Virus record (IMG/VR): IMGVR_UViG_3300027693_000019
Span: 1 to 26,486 of that record
DNA from: a virus
Lineage: Duplodnaviria; Caudoviricetes
Direction: 5' to 3' (one strand)
DNA length: 26,486 bases
Positions 17,485 through 25,578 of this stretch are shown one piece after another. Under the pieces are notes generated by a model, which was not told where the DNA came from, searched no databases, and worked only from the letters and a program-made list of their open reading frames with translations. The first letter of the stretch is position 1; each line of letters begins with the position of its first letter. Made by a program: the position numbers and the translations under genes.

Positions 17485-19239
17485 TTAGGCCTGATCGCGC
17501 TCGATCACGAGTGCAGACTTAGGCAGAACCAACGCTCCCGACATCCGACCTTCCAGTAAATACTTATACTGGTTGTAATCGATATCGAAGTCGTCGAAGA
17601 ACGACACCTGACCACCTTTGTCAGCGCCCATAGTGTAATCGCGCATGTTGACAATGATAGCAAGCAAATCATGACCAGCCGGAGTTCCACCACCATCAGG
17701 AAACAGCGGGTCAATATCACGCTCAAGACCATCCATCAGAGGAACTTCTACAATACTAGAAACACGCATTGCAGCAGCAAGTTCAGACATCGTAGAATAA
17801 AGACGATGCTCGTCTGCGTCCTTTAAAAGAAGCCATTCGGTTAAAATCGTAGGACCAACAAACATTGTGGGAGATCCAGAACCACGATATGCAATTCGAG
17901 CTCGAACAACTTCATCGATAGCTTCTTCATCTGTTACAGTATTCGCTAAGAAAACATGATGCGAATACATATTTGCATCTTTCCAAATTGGGCGGATGGA
18001 TGTTTCGTCAATCTTATCATCTGCTTCAGTAACTGGATCACGACCATCACCAAACAAAACAGCACGAGCAATTTCCTCGTCCAGCATCAGCCGCATCTCA
18101 CGCTTCAGCCAGGATACAACATCTAAATCGGTGATATCGATAATATCATCACGATCGAGCTTCTGTTTCTTATAGATGGTTGTTGGAGTAGTAATTCGAC
18201 GCAGAAGACCAAACACTTCCTCTTTCTTAAGTGCTCCAGTCACATAGCCAAGAGCACGAGCGGTTTCAACAGTAATATCAGCATGCAAAGACTTAATACG
18301 AGAAAATGGAGTATGACGAGAGCCATTGATAACACCAGCCACCCATTCCATATCACGCTTAATGAGGGTCGGCTCAGAAGTTACAGCCTGCGCATCGGGA
18401 AAGAGGTAATCTATATTATCGATACCGTAAGTTCCTGCATGGGCCAAGAAAGAAGCTCGGAATGAACCCATTTTCTTTGCGTCCTCAAGAATTTCAGCAA
18501 ACTGCGCATGAGTCAACTGAGGACGATCATCATTTTTAACAACAGAAGCATCAAAAACGTTCTTTTTCATAATATTGGAATCTCCTTCATCTTGAATATT
18601 TGATTGCTCTACTTCTTCTTCTCCTTCATCCTCAAGCAGAGCGCCTACAATAGCATAAACAGCAGTTTTTTGTTCCTCGGAGAGAGTGTTAAAAACATCC
18701 TGAATAGTTTTATCGTCATCGCCACCGTCAGCATGCTTAACTTCTTTAACTTCTTCAATCTCTTCGGTTTCTTGATCGATGTTCAAACCAGTAAAAATAA
18801 TTGCCTCGTCGTCAAGCTCTGTAATAGAGCCATCGGAATGAGCGATTGCAATATTATCAATCAGCGCTCCAGGATTAGCACCAGCTAAAACAAGACTTGT
18901 TTCGCGGATAAAACCATGGATAACATTCTTAGATTTTTCAACGAGGTTATTAGCATAAATAGACAAAGCTGTGACATCACCATGAGCAACAAGAAGTTTA
19001 GCATTGCTACCAGCTTCACTATTATTGAACTTGCAATGCGCATAGACACCATCCTCTCGACTTTCAAGCAAAGCGTGTCCAAGAACGTTACTTGGATCAT
19101 TATGCTGATGCTGCCAGACCAATGGGACAACCTTTTCGTGATTGTCTTTAAATGCGTCTTTAAGAATGGTTCTACCATCAGTGCATTTGACACCGTATTT
19201 TGTTACGTAACCACCAAAGTCGTAGTTATTCTTTAACAT
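17485..19239 (-). CDS. prohead protease - major capsid protein fusion (HK97 fold)
   Basis: N-terminal HK97-type protease (DFGGY.TK, PLVWQHQH, LSIYAN, E.SLVLAGANPGA), acidic linker, capsid domain (YGIDNID.LFP, PFSRIKS, DFDIDYNQYKYL.E.R.SGAL); start moved to MLKNN. Confidence 0.92.
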   Translation of the reverse strand: MLKNNYDFGGYVTKYGVKCTDGRTILKDAFKDNHEKVVPLVWQHQHNDPSNVLGHALLESREDGVYAHCKFNNSEAGSNAKLLVAHGDVTALSIYANNLVEKSKNVIHGFIRETSLVLAGANPGALIDNIAIAHSDGSITELDDEAIIFTGLNIDQETEEIEEVKEVKHADGGDDDKTIQDVFNTLSEEQKTAVYAIVGALLEDEGEEEVEQSNIQDEGDSNIMKKNVFDASVVKNDDRPQLTHAQFAEILEDAKKMGSFRASFLAHAGTYGIDNIDYLFPDAQAVTSEPTLIKRDMEWVAGVINGSRHTPFSRIKSLHADITVETARALGYVTGALKKEEVFGLLRRITTPTTIYKKQKLDRDDIIDITDLDVVSWLKREMRLMLDEEIARAVLFGDGRDPVTEADDKIDETSIRPIWKDANMYSHHVFLANTVTDEEAIDEVVRARIAYRGSGSPTMFVGPTILTEWLLLKDADEHRLYSTMSELAAAMRVSSIVEVPLMDGLERDIDPLFPDGGGTPAGHDLLAIIVNMRDYTMGADKGGQVSFFDDFDIDYNQYKYLLEGRMSGALVLPKSALVIERDQA

Positions 19240-20488
19240 TATTTGACTTACTCCTTCCATTTTGATTGTTTATTGGGACTTTCTTATCTTCAACCTTTGG
19301 CTCAGCTTCGTTTAGATTTTTGTTTCTTAATTCATCAGCTGTCGGATCAGAACTTGGCTTGAAGCCAATGATCCCACGCATCTCATTACCGGTAACAATT
19401 TCGTTCCTAGTAAATTTGTCTGCGATCTCTGCGAGTTGTTCAACTGGAACTAATCTAAACGGATCTCTAGTGGCTAAGATAGATTGACCTTGAGACCTAG
19501 CAGTTTTCGTTAAGAAAACTCTCTTCATCCCATCAGTTATAGTAGACAAGATAGGCTCAATAGTACGATTGTAGTAATTTAGCATAGCCTTTTCATCAGC
19601 AGTACCCTCAAAGATTTCTCGAGTTAGACCCAACTGGCTGTAAAGCATACTCGTTAAGAACTCAATCTGTCCCATCAGGCTGTTTTCGACTGGCCGATTC
19701 AGCTGTGTAATTCTTTCAGTTCCATCGGCATAGGCTATACCATACTTAGAATCTTTCAATTGATCTTCTAGTTCTTGCCGTCTCTTCTCTGCTTGTTCTC
19801 TTTTTGCTTCAGACTTAATAACATAAGGTAATTGAATAATTACATCCAATCGACCGGAGCCACTTTGATTATCTATTGCGTCCAACAAATTCAACTTATC
19901 AATTAGTCTTTTCAAAGTTGAATTGGGCTCGTTCATTACTGCATAAAGCGGATTCTCAAGAATTGCAACCATGGTTTTCGAAAGTGTTAAATCTTCCTTT
20001 TGACCTGTTGCCTGATTATAGACATTAACACGAACATGTTCTGGAAACCACTGAACAACTTTCGCCGTTCGCATAGTTAGGATATCATATGCGCTAGATG
20101 TCGTCGGATTGAGCGTCGTATCGACAGGAACAATAGCTACGACTCCTTCATCGCACATACTCATTACTACATCTTGAATAAAAGCACGACCGGTCTGATC
20201 AATATTGGCTTCCAACGAAAGGCAATTGTTTAGTCCAGATTGAATAATCTCAAGAAATCTTCCATTTTGATCCAAACGTACATGGTTAATAGGTATTGCT
20301 GCTACATCTATTCCTATACGTGTATAGATAGATGAAATGATAGATCTTTCTGTTCCAAGATACATCCTTAATCTATCAGGCCTTATGCTATAACCAGTAC
20401 CATAATTCACATAAGGTTCGAAATAACTTTCGCCATATCGAAAAATGTTCCATGCTGATCTTAATCTAGTAAGTATTGAATCTGGCAC
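19226..20488 (-). CDS. portal protein
   Basis: LEANIDQTGRAF, ENPLYAVMNEPNSTL, ADKFTRNEI motifs; between TerL and capsid; GTG start with AGGAGG. Confidence 0.92.
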   Translation of the reverse strand: MPDSILTRLRSAWNIFRYGESYFEPYVNYGTGYSIRPDRLRMYLGTERSIISSIYTRIGIDVAAIPINHVRLDQNGRFLEIIQSGLNNCLSLEANIDQTGRAFIQDVVMSMCDEGVVAIVPVDTTLNPTTSSAYDILTMRTAKVVQWFPEHVRVNVYNQATGQKEDLTLSKTMVAILENPLYAVMNEPNSTLKRLIDKLNLLDAIDNQSGSGRLDVIIQLPYVIKSEAKREQAEKRRQELEDQLKDSKYGIAYADGTERITQLNRPVENSLMGQIEFLTSMLYSQLGLTREIFEGTADEKAMLNYYNRTIEPILSTITDGMKRVFLTKTARSQGQSILATRDPFRLVPVEQLAEIADKFTRNEIVTGNEMRGIIGFKPSSDPTADELRNKNLNEAEPKVEDKKVPINNQNGRSKSNNVKE

Positions 20489-20514
20489 TATGCATCGCCT
20501 CCTTCTTATAAAAT

Positions 20515-22260
20515 CTATTCAAAAGCTTCTTTATTAGCTTTAAATGCTACGTAGGCATCCATCATTGCTGCGACAGGATCGATCTTTTGCTCATAGCGCT
20601 TTTTCAAGAGTTTACGATTCCCATTAGTATCTTCAATGGTAATCGCATTACCCATGGCAAAACTCATAAGTTCTTGGTCAAAGATGAGCATTCGTTCCTC
20701 AGCTAACGTCTTCAATTCCCCAAGAGGAACCGATTCAGTTTTAGATCCTTGGATGACTTTCTCAATACCAAATGGGCCATTCTCTTTTTCCCATCGCTCA
20801 ACAAATTCTTTAGCATTGTATGGGTCAAAACCTAAACAACGAACATCATAACCTAATTCTATTATGAAATTGTCTAAATCTTCATATACCTCCATCATGT
20901 CAAGAACTGGAGCTTCTAATACTTGTAAACTGGTCTCATCTAGAAACTGTTCATACTTCTGTCTCATAGCTCCAGGTAATTTCTTAAGAGTCAACGAAGA
21001 TATATAGCATCTAGTTTTAACTCCAAACGAATTATCTGAAAGTGGGAATAAAAATGTAAAGGCGCAGAAATCATCACCTTGTGAAAGATCTGCTCCAAGA
21101 GCACATGGAAGTTGCCAAAAATCTCTACGTCTATGCGGAAGGGTTTCTTCGTAGGTGAAGAAATAAGTATAACCCTCCATAGGAATACCAAACCTTTTTG
21201 CTAAGATGTCGTTCCTTGCTGCTGGAACTTGTTCGGCTCGTTCAACATCTAATTGATAGGTTTCGTAAGTAACAGTTCGTCCAAGATTCGGATTTGCTTT
21301 CAACCATAGAGAAGGATCTGCTACTTCTTTCAACTCGTCAAGGCGATAATACCAAATTGAAACATGAGGATTCAAATACTTTCCCTTAAGAATGTCCATA
21401 AGTTCCATTTTGATTGTATCCCCTGAAGAATTGCGTATGGTTCCCTCTGAGCTCATAGCAACTATAAGATAGTCATCCATCTTGGATGCGCCTTGCTCAA
21501 TTGCACCTACAACATCCTCACGAATGTCTCCTGACAACCACTCGTCAATCGTCGATACCATCGGACGAAGTCCTTGTAGCTTGTCAATGGACATAGGTCT
21601 AATCTCAACTATAGAACCAGTAAGAAAATTCTCAACTCCCTTTTTGGTCGAGGCTAACTTAACTCTATTTGCTCTAGAGCCAGTAGTATTCTGAAGAGAA
21701 CCTTCTGTGAGAAACTTGAATAGAGGTCCTCTAGAACGTATAATAGCTGTCCTCATTGGCGACATTACTTCTTCAGCTTGCTTCATCGTAGGAGCCGTTG
21801 TAATCTGATGAGTCGTAGCAGTCTCTACATTCAGAAAGTAATTCTGAATGCAGGAAGCGTACATAGACTTCGCGGCACCTCGAGCAACAATAAGATACTG
21901 CTTATTAACTAATCGCTTCTTAATTCTTTTACGAACATAACGTCCACCTTTATTATTTGGCAAAGGAACATAGACACTTCTTTCAATAAAATAATACCAA
22001 CCAAATATTTGTTCTGCCCAAAGTTTGAAAGAATCAAGAAGATGCAAATCGGATCCGTCAGTTAGTGTGAGCTCGTTTTCACAGAATCTAACAAAGCCTT
22101 CTATGGCTTCGTCATCGTAATAGATCCCAGGATTCTCTATTAATTTATCAATCCTGTTCATCTCAAGTGAAATTTCCCGACACACAGGGATCTCACCTCT
22201 AATGACTTTATCACGAAATTCGCCATAATATATTGGAGTGGCTTTATTAGATAATGTCAT
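20515..22260 (-). CDS. terL: terminase large subunit
   Basis: Walker A-like VARGAAKS, Walker B TIDE, coupling motif SSEG, nuclease GADLS.GDD and KIDPVAA.MD. Confidence 0.95.
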   Translation of the reverse strand: MTLSNKATPIYYGEFRDKVIRGEIPVCREISLEMNRIDKLIENPGIYYDDEAIEGFVRFCENELTLTDGSDLHLLDSFKLWAEQIFGWYYFIERSVYVPLPNNKGGRYVRKRIKKRLVNKQYLIVARGAAKSMYASCIQNYFLNVETATTHQITTAPTMKQAEEVMSPMRTAIIRSRGPLFKFLTEGSLQNTTGSRANRVKLASTKKGVENFLTGSIVEIRPMSIDKLQGLRPMVSTIDEWLSGDIREDVVGAIEQGASKMDDYLIVAMSSEGTIRNSSGDTIKMELMDILKGKYLNPHVSIWYYRLDELKEVADPSLWLKANPNLGRTVTYETYQLDVERAEQVPAARNDILAKRFGIPMEGYTYFFTYEETLPHRRRDFWQLPCALGADLSQGDDFCAFTFLFPLSDNSFGVKTRCYISSLTLKKLPGAMRQKYEQFLDETSLQVLEAPVLDMMEVYEDLDNFIIELGYDVRCLGFDPYNAKEFVERWEKENGPFGIEKVIQGSKTESVPLGELKTLAEERMLIFDQELMSFAMGNAITIEDTNGNRKLLKKRYEQKIDPVAAMMDAYVAFKANKEAFE

Positions 22261-22275
22261 AATTATTTAGCTTAA

Positions 22276-22479
22276 TTAAGTCCCGCCGTCTACAACACCT
22301 TCGTCGTAAACAGCTTCCAAAGCTGTTGCTACAGCCTGTGCCAAAAGCTCTTCGCCTTCGTTCTCATGCTGAGTATATTGAACAGCTCGACGAAGTGTTA
22401 GTTTCCATCTACCCCTTGCAGAATTCTTTATGGTAGTTTCTGCCAGTGCCAAATATTGTGCTGCAGTTCTTGCTGTCAT
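22276..22479 (-). CDS. hypothetical protein, 67 aa
   Basis: AAAGGAG RBS; co-oriented within the operon. Confidence 0.7.
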   Translation of the reverse strand: MTARTAAQYLALAETTIKNSARGRWKLTLRRAVQYTQHENEGEELLAQAVATALEAVYDEGVVDGGT

Positions 22480-22524
22480 TGTGAATCTCCTTTTTCAATT
22501 TAATTAAGTTAAGAATATAAACCT

Positions 22525-22977
22525 TTAACCATATAAATAATCTAACTCTTCTTGAAGACCTTTTGCCTCTTTAATTTTACCTTGACTTTTTAATCTTTGA
22601 ATATCGGCTGTTGCTTCCTTAAATTGTTTAGCTTCGAACTTCTTGATCCTTGACTTTATAAAATTTTTACCAGATTTAATCAATGGATCATTAGCCATAT
22701 CCTTTTTCCAATTTTTATTATAAAGAAGCTTTTTTACTTTTTCACGATTTCTCTTACCTAATAATTTATTAACTTTTCTTCCGTCGGCACCTTTCGCAAT
22801 GCTGGTTTTTCTAGAGTCAATATTTTTCTGATGAGCAGATCTAAAAGTTTTTCCAGAGTCAATATTTTTTTGTCTTTTTGATCTAAAAGTTTTTCCAGAG
22901 TCAATACTTTGTTGCCTTCTAGATCGTCCCCAACGCATTCCTAAAACACCGTAATGAGTTAAAACATTATCATTCAT
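22525..22977 (-). CDS. basic HYGVLGMRWG-motif protein with internal 14-aa repeats
   Basis: N-terminal LTHYGVLGMRWG; K/R-rich. Confidence 0.8.
   Translation of the reverse strand: MNDNVLTHYGVLGMRWGRSRRQQSIDSGKTFRSKRQKNIDSGKTFRSAHQKNIDSRKTSIAKGADGRKVNKLLGKRNREKVKKLLYNKNWKKDMANDPLIKSGKNFIKSRIKKFEAKQFKEATADIQRLKSQGKIKEAKGLQEELDYLYG
22805..22925 (-). repeat. 42-bp coding tandem repeat, ~2.5-3 copies (QKNIDSGKTFRSxx)
   Basis: AGAGTCAATA recurs at 22813, 22855 and 22897. Confidence 0.85.
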
Positions 22978-22979
22978 AG

Positions 22980-23300
22980 TTATCCTTTTGCCTTAACTAT
23001 TTTTTGTCCTAGTGCTATTAGAGTTCCTAGAGAAGCAGCGAATCCAGTAACAGCACCAACCCCTTTCATTACTCCAGTTACCGCGTTTTTACCTTTTGTA
23101 ACTCTAGAAGGATTTAAAGAACTATAATTTTTCTCTAAATTCAAACGTTTATTTAAGGTTGTTAACTCGTCATCCGAAAGCTCGCTAATATGCTTTTTCT
23201 TTAACGATCTTGCTCTAGAATGATCAGAAGAAACGCTCCTAGCTTTTCTTTTGCCCCAGCGCATCCCTAAAACGCCATAATGCTTTAAAAATTCATTCAT
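22980..23300 (-). CDS. basic HYGVLGMRWG-motif protein
   Basis: LKHYGVLGMRWG; LSDDEL...NKRLNLEKNY; Gly/Ala-rich C-terminal helix. Confidence 0.8.
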   Translation of the reverse strand: MNEFLKHYGVLGMRWGKRKARSVSSDHSRARSLKKKHISELSDDELTTLNKRLNLEKNYSSLNPSRVTKGKNAVTGVMKGVGAVTGFAASLGTLIALGQKIVKAKG

Positions 23301-23309
23301 AGAATCTCC

Positions 23310-23651
23310 TTATTCTGCAACTGTATCAGCTTGAACATTGAGACGCCATTCTAGCTCAGTAATCTGTTTTGTTATAGCATCTACTAAAAATGAATTAGAT
23401 GGTGGATCGAATAAGAGACGAGTTTTAAGATAAACATAACTCTTTACACCTTCTAAATTTGTATCTGCTACTAAAAAATCAGCCCATTCATCATCAATAG
23501 TGGTAATACCATAACCAATTTCTGGCCCAACTCCAAGTTGATTAAGTGACATAAATGCAGAATTAATCCCAACAATAATATCAACGTCAAAGCCGTCGTA
23601 ATCTGTTTCAATTCCAAGCATTTTCTTTATAGTTAGTAATATACTATCCAT
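23310..23651 (-). CDS. head-to-tail adaptor/connector (putative)
   Basis: SIL.TIKK.LG, FD.DII..INSAF..L.QLGVGP, YLKTRLLFDPP, ELEWRL motifs. Confidence 0.7.
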   Translation of the reverse strand: MDSILLTIKKMLGIETDYDGFDVDIIVGINSAFMSLNQLGVGPEIGYGITTIDDEWADFLVADTNLEGVKSYVYLKTRLLFDPPSNSFLVDAITKQITELEWRLNVQADTVAE

Positions 23652-23661
23652 AAAAACTCCT

Positions 23662-24081
23662 TTATCGCCATGGAACTGTATCGCCAGGGCGACGTTCTAC
23701 TAATGGTTTATATAGTAAAGACTCATCGCCATAATGAATAGCCATATGAGTCCTATGACTTGTACAAATAAGATAATCCATATCGAAAACTATGTCTGTA
23801 GCATCTTCAATGTCTTCTGGCTTTAAAGGATTCATATGATGGATAACTATATGACTAAAAATATCGTATCCAGCTATACCAAGGTCGGAAGCTTCATCTC
23901 TAACTATAACACGATCTCTAATTTGTTTCCATTCTTGAGATCTGTATAGACTCTGATTCAGATATCGATCGAAACCAAAAGTTGCAACACCTATAGAACT
24001 TTTCAATCGCAAATAATCATAACGTTCTTTAAATGTATGCAACCTTCTCAACTCTCTATAGGACCTAATCATTGGAGTCAT
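23662..24081 (-). CDS. HNH endonuclease (packaging-associated)
   Basis: W...RD.VIVRD, IHHMNP ... LI..S..TH.AIH; start uncertain (24090, 24081 or 24072). Confidence 0.85.
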   Translation of the reverse strand: MTPMIRSYRELRRLHTFKERYDYLRLKSSIGVATFGFDRYLNQSLYRSQEWKQIRDRVIVRDEASDLGIAGYDIFSHIVIHHMNPLKPEDIEDATDIVFDMDYLICTSHRTHMAIHYGDESLLYKPLVERRPGDTVPWR

Positions 24082-24412
24082 CAATTTCATTCTCCTCCGA
24101 TCCACTATAAGAACGCATAGCAGCCAAAGCATTAGCATAAAGCTCTTCAACCTTTTCTGCTGATTGAAGAGCTTTAGTTCGAGCTTCTAATAGCTTATTT
24201 TCTTGGGTTAACTTTTCTTTCTCTAAGCGCTCTCTAGTTGTTCCAAGTCTCAAATAATGGGTTATGACTTGTGCCGATGCTGTTCCTTCAGAAAGTTGCT
24301 TTGACGCCAAATCGACAGCTAGAGAAATTAGTTGATTCTCTCTTGCTTCTACAGATGTAGCTGGAGCACCTCGCCGATTAGACTTTCTAGTAGCTTTCTT
24401 TGGCGCACCCAT
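24065..24412 (-). CDS. putative terminase small subunit
   Basis: EARENQLISLAVDLA.KQL.EGTAS.QVITHYL.LG, ELY..AL.AMRSY; helical; upstream of HNH/TerL. Confidence 0.6.
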   Translation of the reverse strand: MGAPKKATRKSNRRGAPATSVEARENQLISLAVDLASKQLSEGTASAQVITHYLRLGTTRERLEKEKLTQENKLLEARTKALQSAEKVEELYANALAAMRSYSGSEENEIDDSND

Positions 24413-24430
24413 TTTGACAGTTCCTCCTTA

Positions 24431-25423
24431 CTAATCTAAGTAGTCACCATGCATCCAGCATTTGATTTTATCAAGTCCAACAAATTGCCACTGTCCGTTC
24501 TGAGTTTTAAGATTCTTAACTTCCAAACCTGCTTTCACAGTAACAAGAATGTTATTAGGATCAATCTTAATCTCAGATCGTCCATTCAAATACTTGCAAT
24601 TAACAATAGTGAAATAATCTTTCTCTGGAGGAGGTTGCACAGGAGGAGTGTCATCAGAGTAACCAGTAGCAGCTTCAATCATGTCGAAACGTTTACGAGC
24701 AAGAGTCCAATCTAGTGACCAAGCATACATTCTACCAACATTTAAGAGTTCACAATATGCACGACCATCTTCAATCTCTTTGATGGATGGCTCCCAATAA
24801 ACTGGTTTACCATCGACACTAAAACTAGCACCAAAAGTAGAGATAAGAGGATAAACTGGCTTACCCCATTTTGAATACTCCCCTAAACACTTTTCAATCT
24901 GATCAACTGGATCATGAGATAGTGCCCAATAAACCTGAGGAGATGCTCCATCAGTAGTTTGATGATTCATCATTGCATCAAAAGGAAAAGGAGCGTGTTT
25001 ACTTGGATACCTGTAAGTACATCCAAGGATTTCAAAACCATTCACCTTTGGTTTGTCGAGTAAGGTCTTCATTGCTGCTGGCATACCCCATGGCTGTTTC
25101 CATTCACCTTCACAATTGACATGGTAAGTATCTAACTTAAGCTTCTGACGTCTTTCTTCTATTTTTTCGCCTTGAGGGCCTGGCTTATCAGGATAGTGAT
25201 AGCCCCAACCTTCGACAATTACATTATAAACGTCATTCTCCCTTAAAACATCAATGTAATCCATCAAAGGTTTGTCTCCGTTTAGTGCATTATAGTTGTA
25301 AAGATACTCTGCAACCTTGATAGCGACTCTTTTGATCTTATACTTCTTGCAAATTGCAACCAAATCCATAGGATCTGATGGCATCGATGATAGTTTCCAA
25401 ATAAAGAAACCAACTTCTAACAT
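24431..25423 (-). CDS. endolysin: GH25-like TIM-barrel glycoside hydrolase plus C-terminal SH3-like domain
   Basis: GFFIW, VAIKVAE, GWGY, VNCEGEW, YRYP..H, PQVYW; Pro-rich linker; LN.R...W...W....YL SH3b-like tail; start moved to MLEVG behind AAAGGAG. Confidence 0.7.
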   Translation of the reverse strand: MLEVGFFIWKLSSMPSDPMDLVAICKKYKIKRVAIKVAEYLYNYNALNGDKPLMDYIDVLRENDVYNVIVEGWGYHYPDKPGPQGEKIEERRQKLKLDTYHVNCEGEWKQPWGMPAAMKTLLDKPKVNGFEILGCTYRYPSKHAPFPFDAMMNHQTTDGASPQVYWALSHDPVDQIEKCLGEYSKWGKPVYPLISTFGASFSVDGKPVYWEPSIKEIEDGRAYCELLNVGRMYAWSLDWTLARKRFDMIEAATGYSDDTPPVQPPPEKDYFTIVNCKYLNGRSEIKIDPNNILVTVKAGLEVKNLKTQNGQWQFVGLDKIKCWMHGDYLD

Positions 25424-25447
25424 AGTTTTTTCTCCTTTTCTTTTAAG

Positions 25448-25570
25448 TTTCCAAGTACTTTTCTTAGAGATACCAATACTTTTTGAATACCGATAAAGGC
25501 TCTTGAAAGGAGAAATGGAATAAACCATAATTTTTATAGTATTGGTATCTCTTAGAAAAGTACTTGGAAA
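25448..25570. repeat. 33-bp inverted repeat (1 mismatch) enclosing a 57-bp spacer
   Basis: TTTCCAAGTACTTTTCTTAGAGATACCAATACT (25448-25480) vs AGTATTGGTATCTCTTAGAAAAGTACTTGGAAA (25538-25570). Confidence 0.95.
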
Positions 25571-25578
25571 TCATTTAA

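Noticed and set aside
25424-25528. 35-aa N-terminal extension of the endolysin in the ORF track
   Set aside because: No RBS at 25528, while ATG 25423 has a strong AAAGGAG; the extension runs through the inverted repeat
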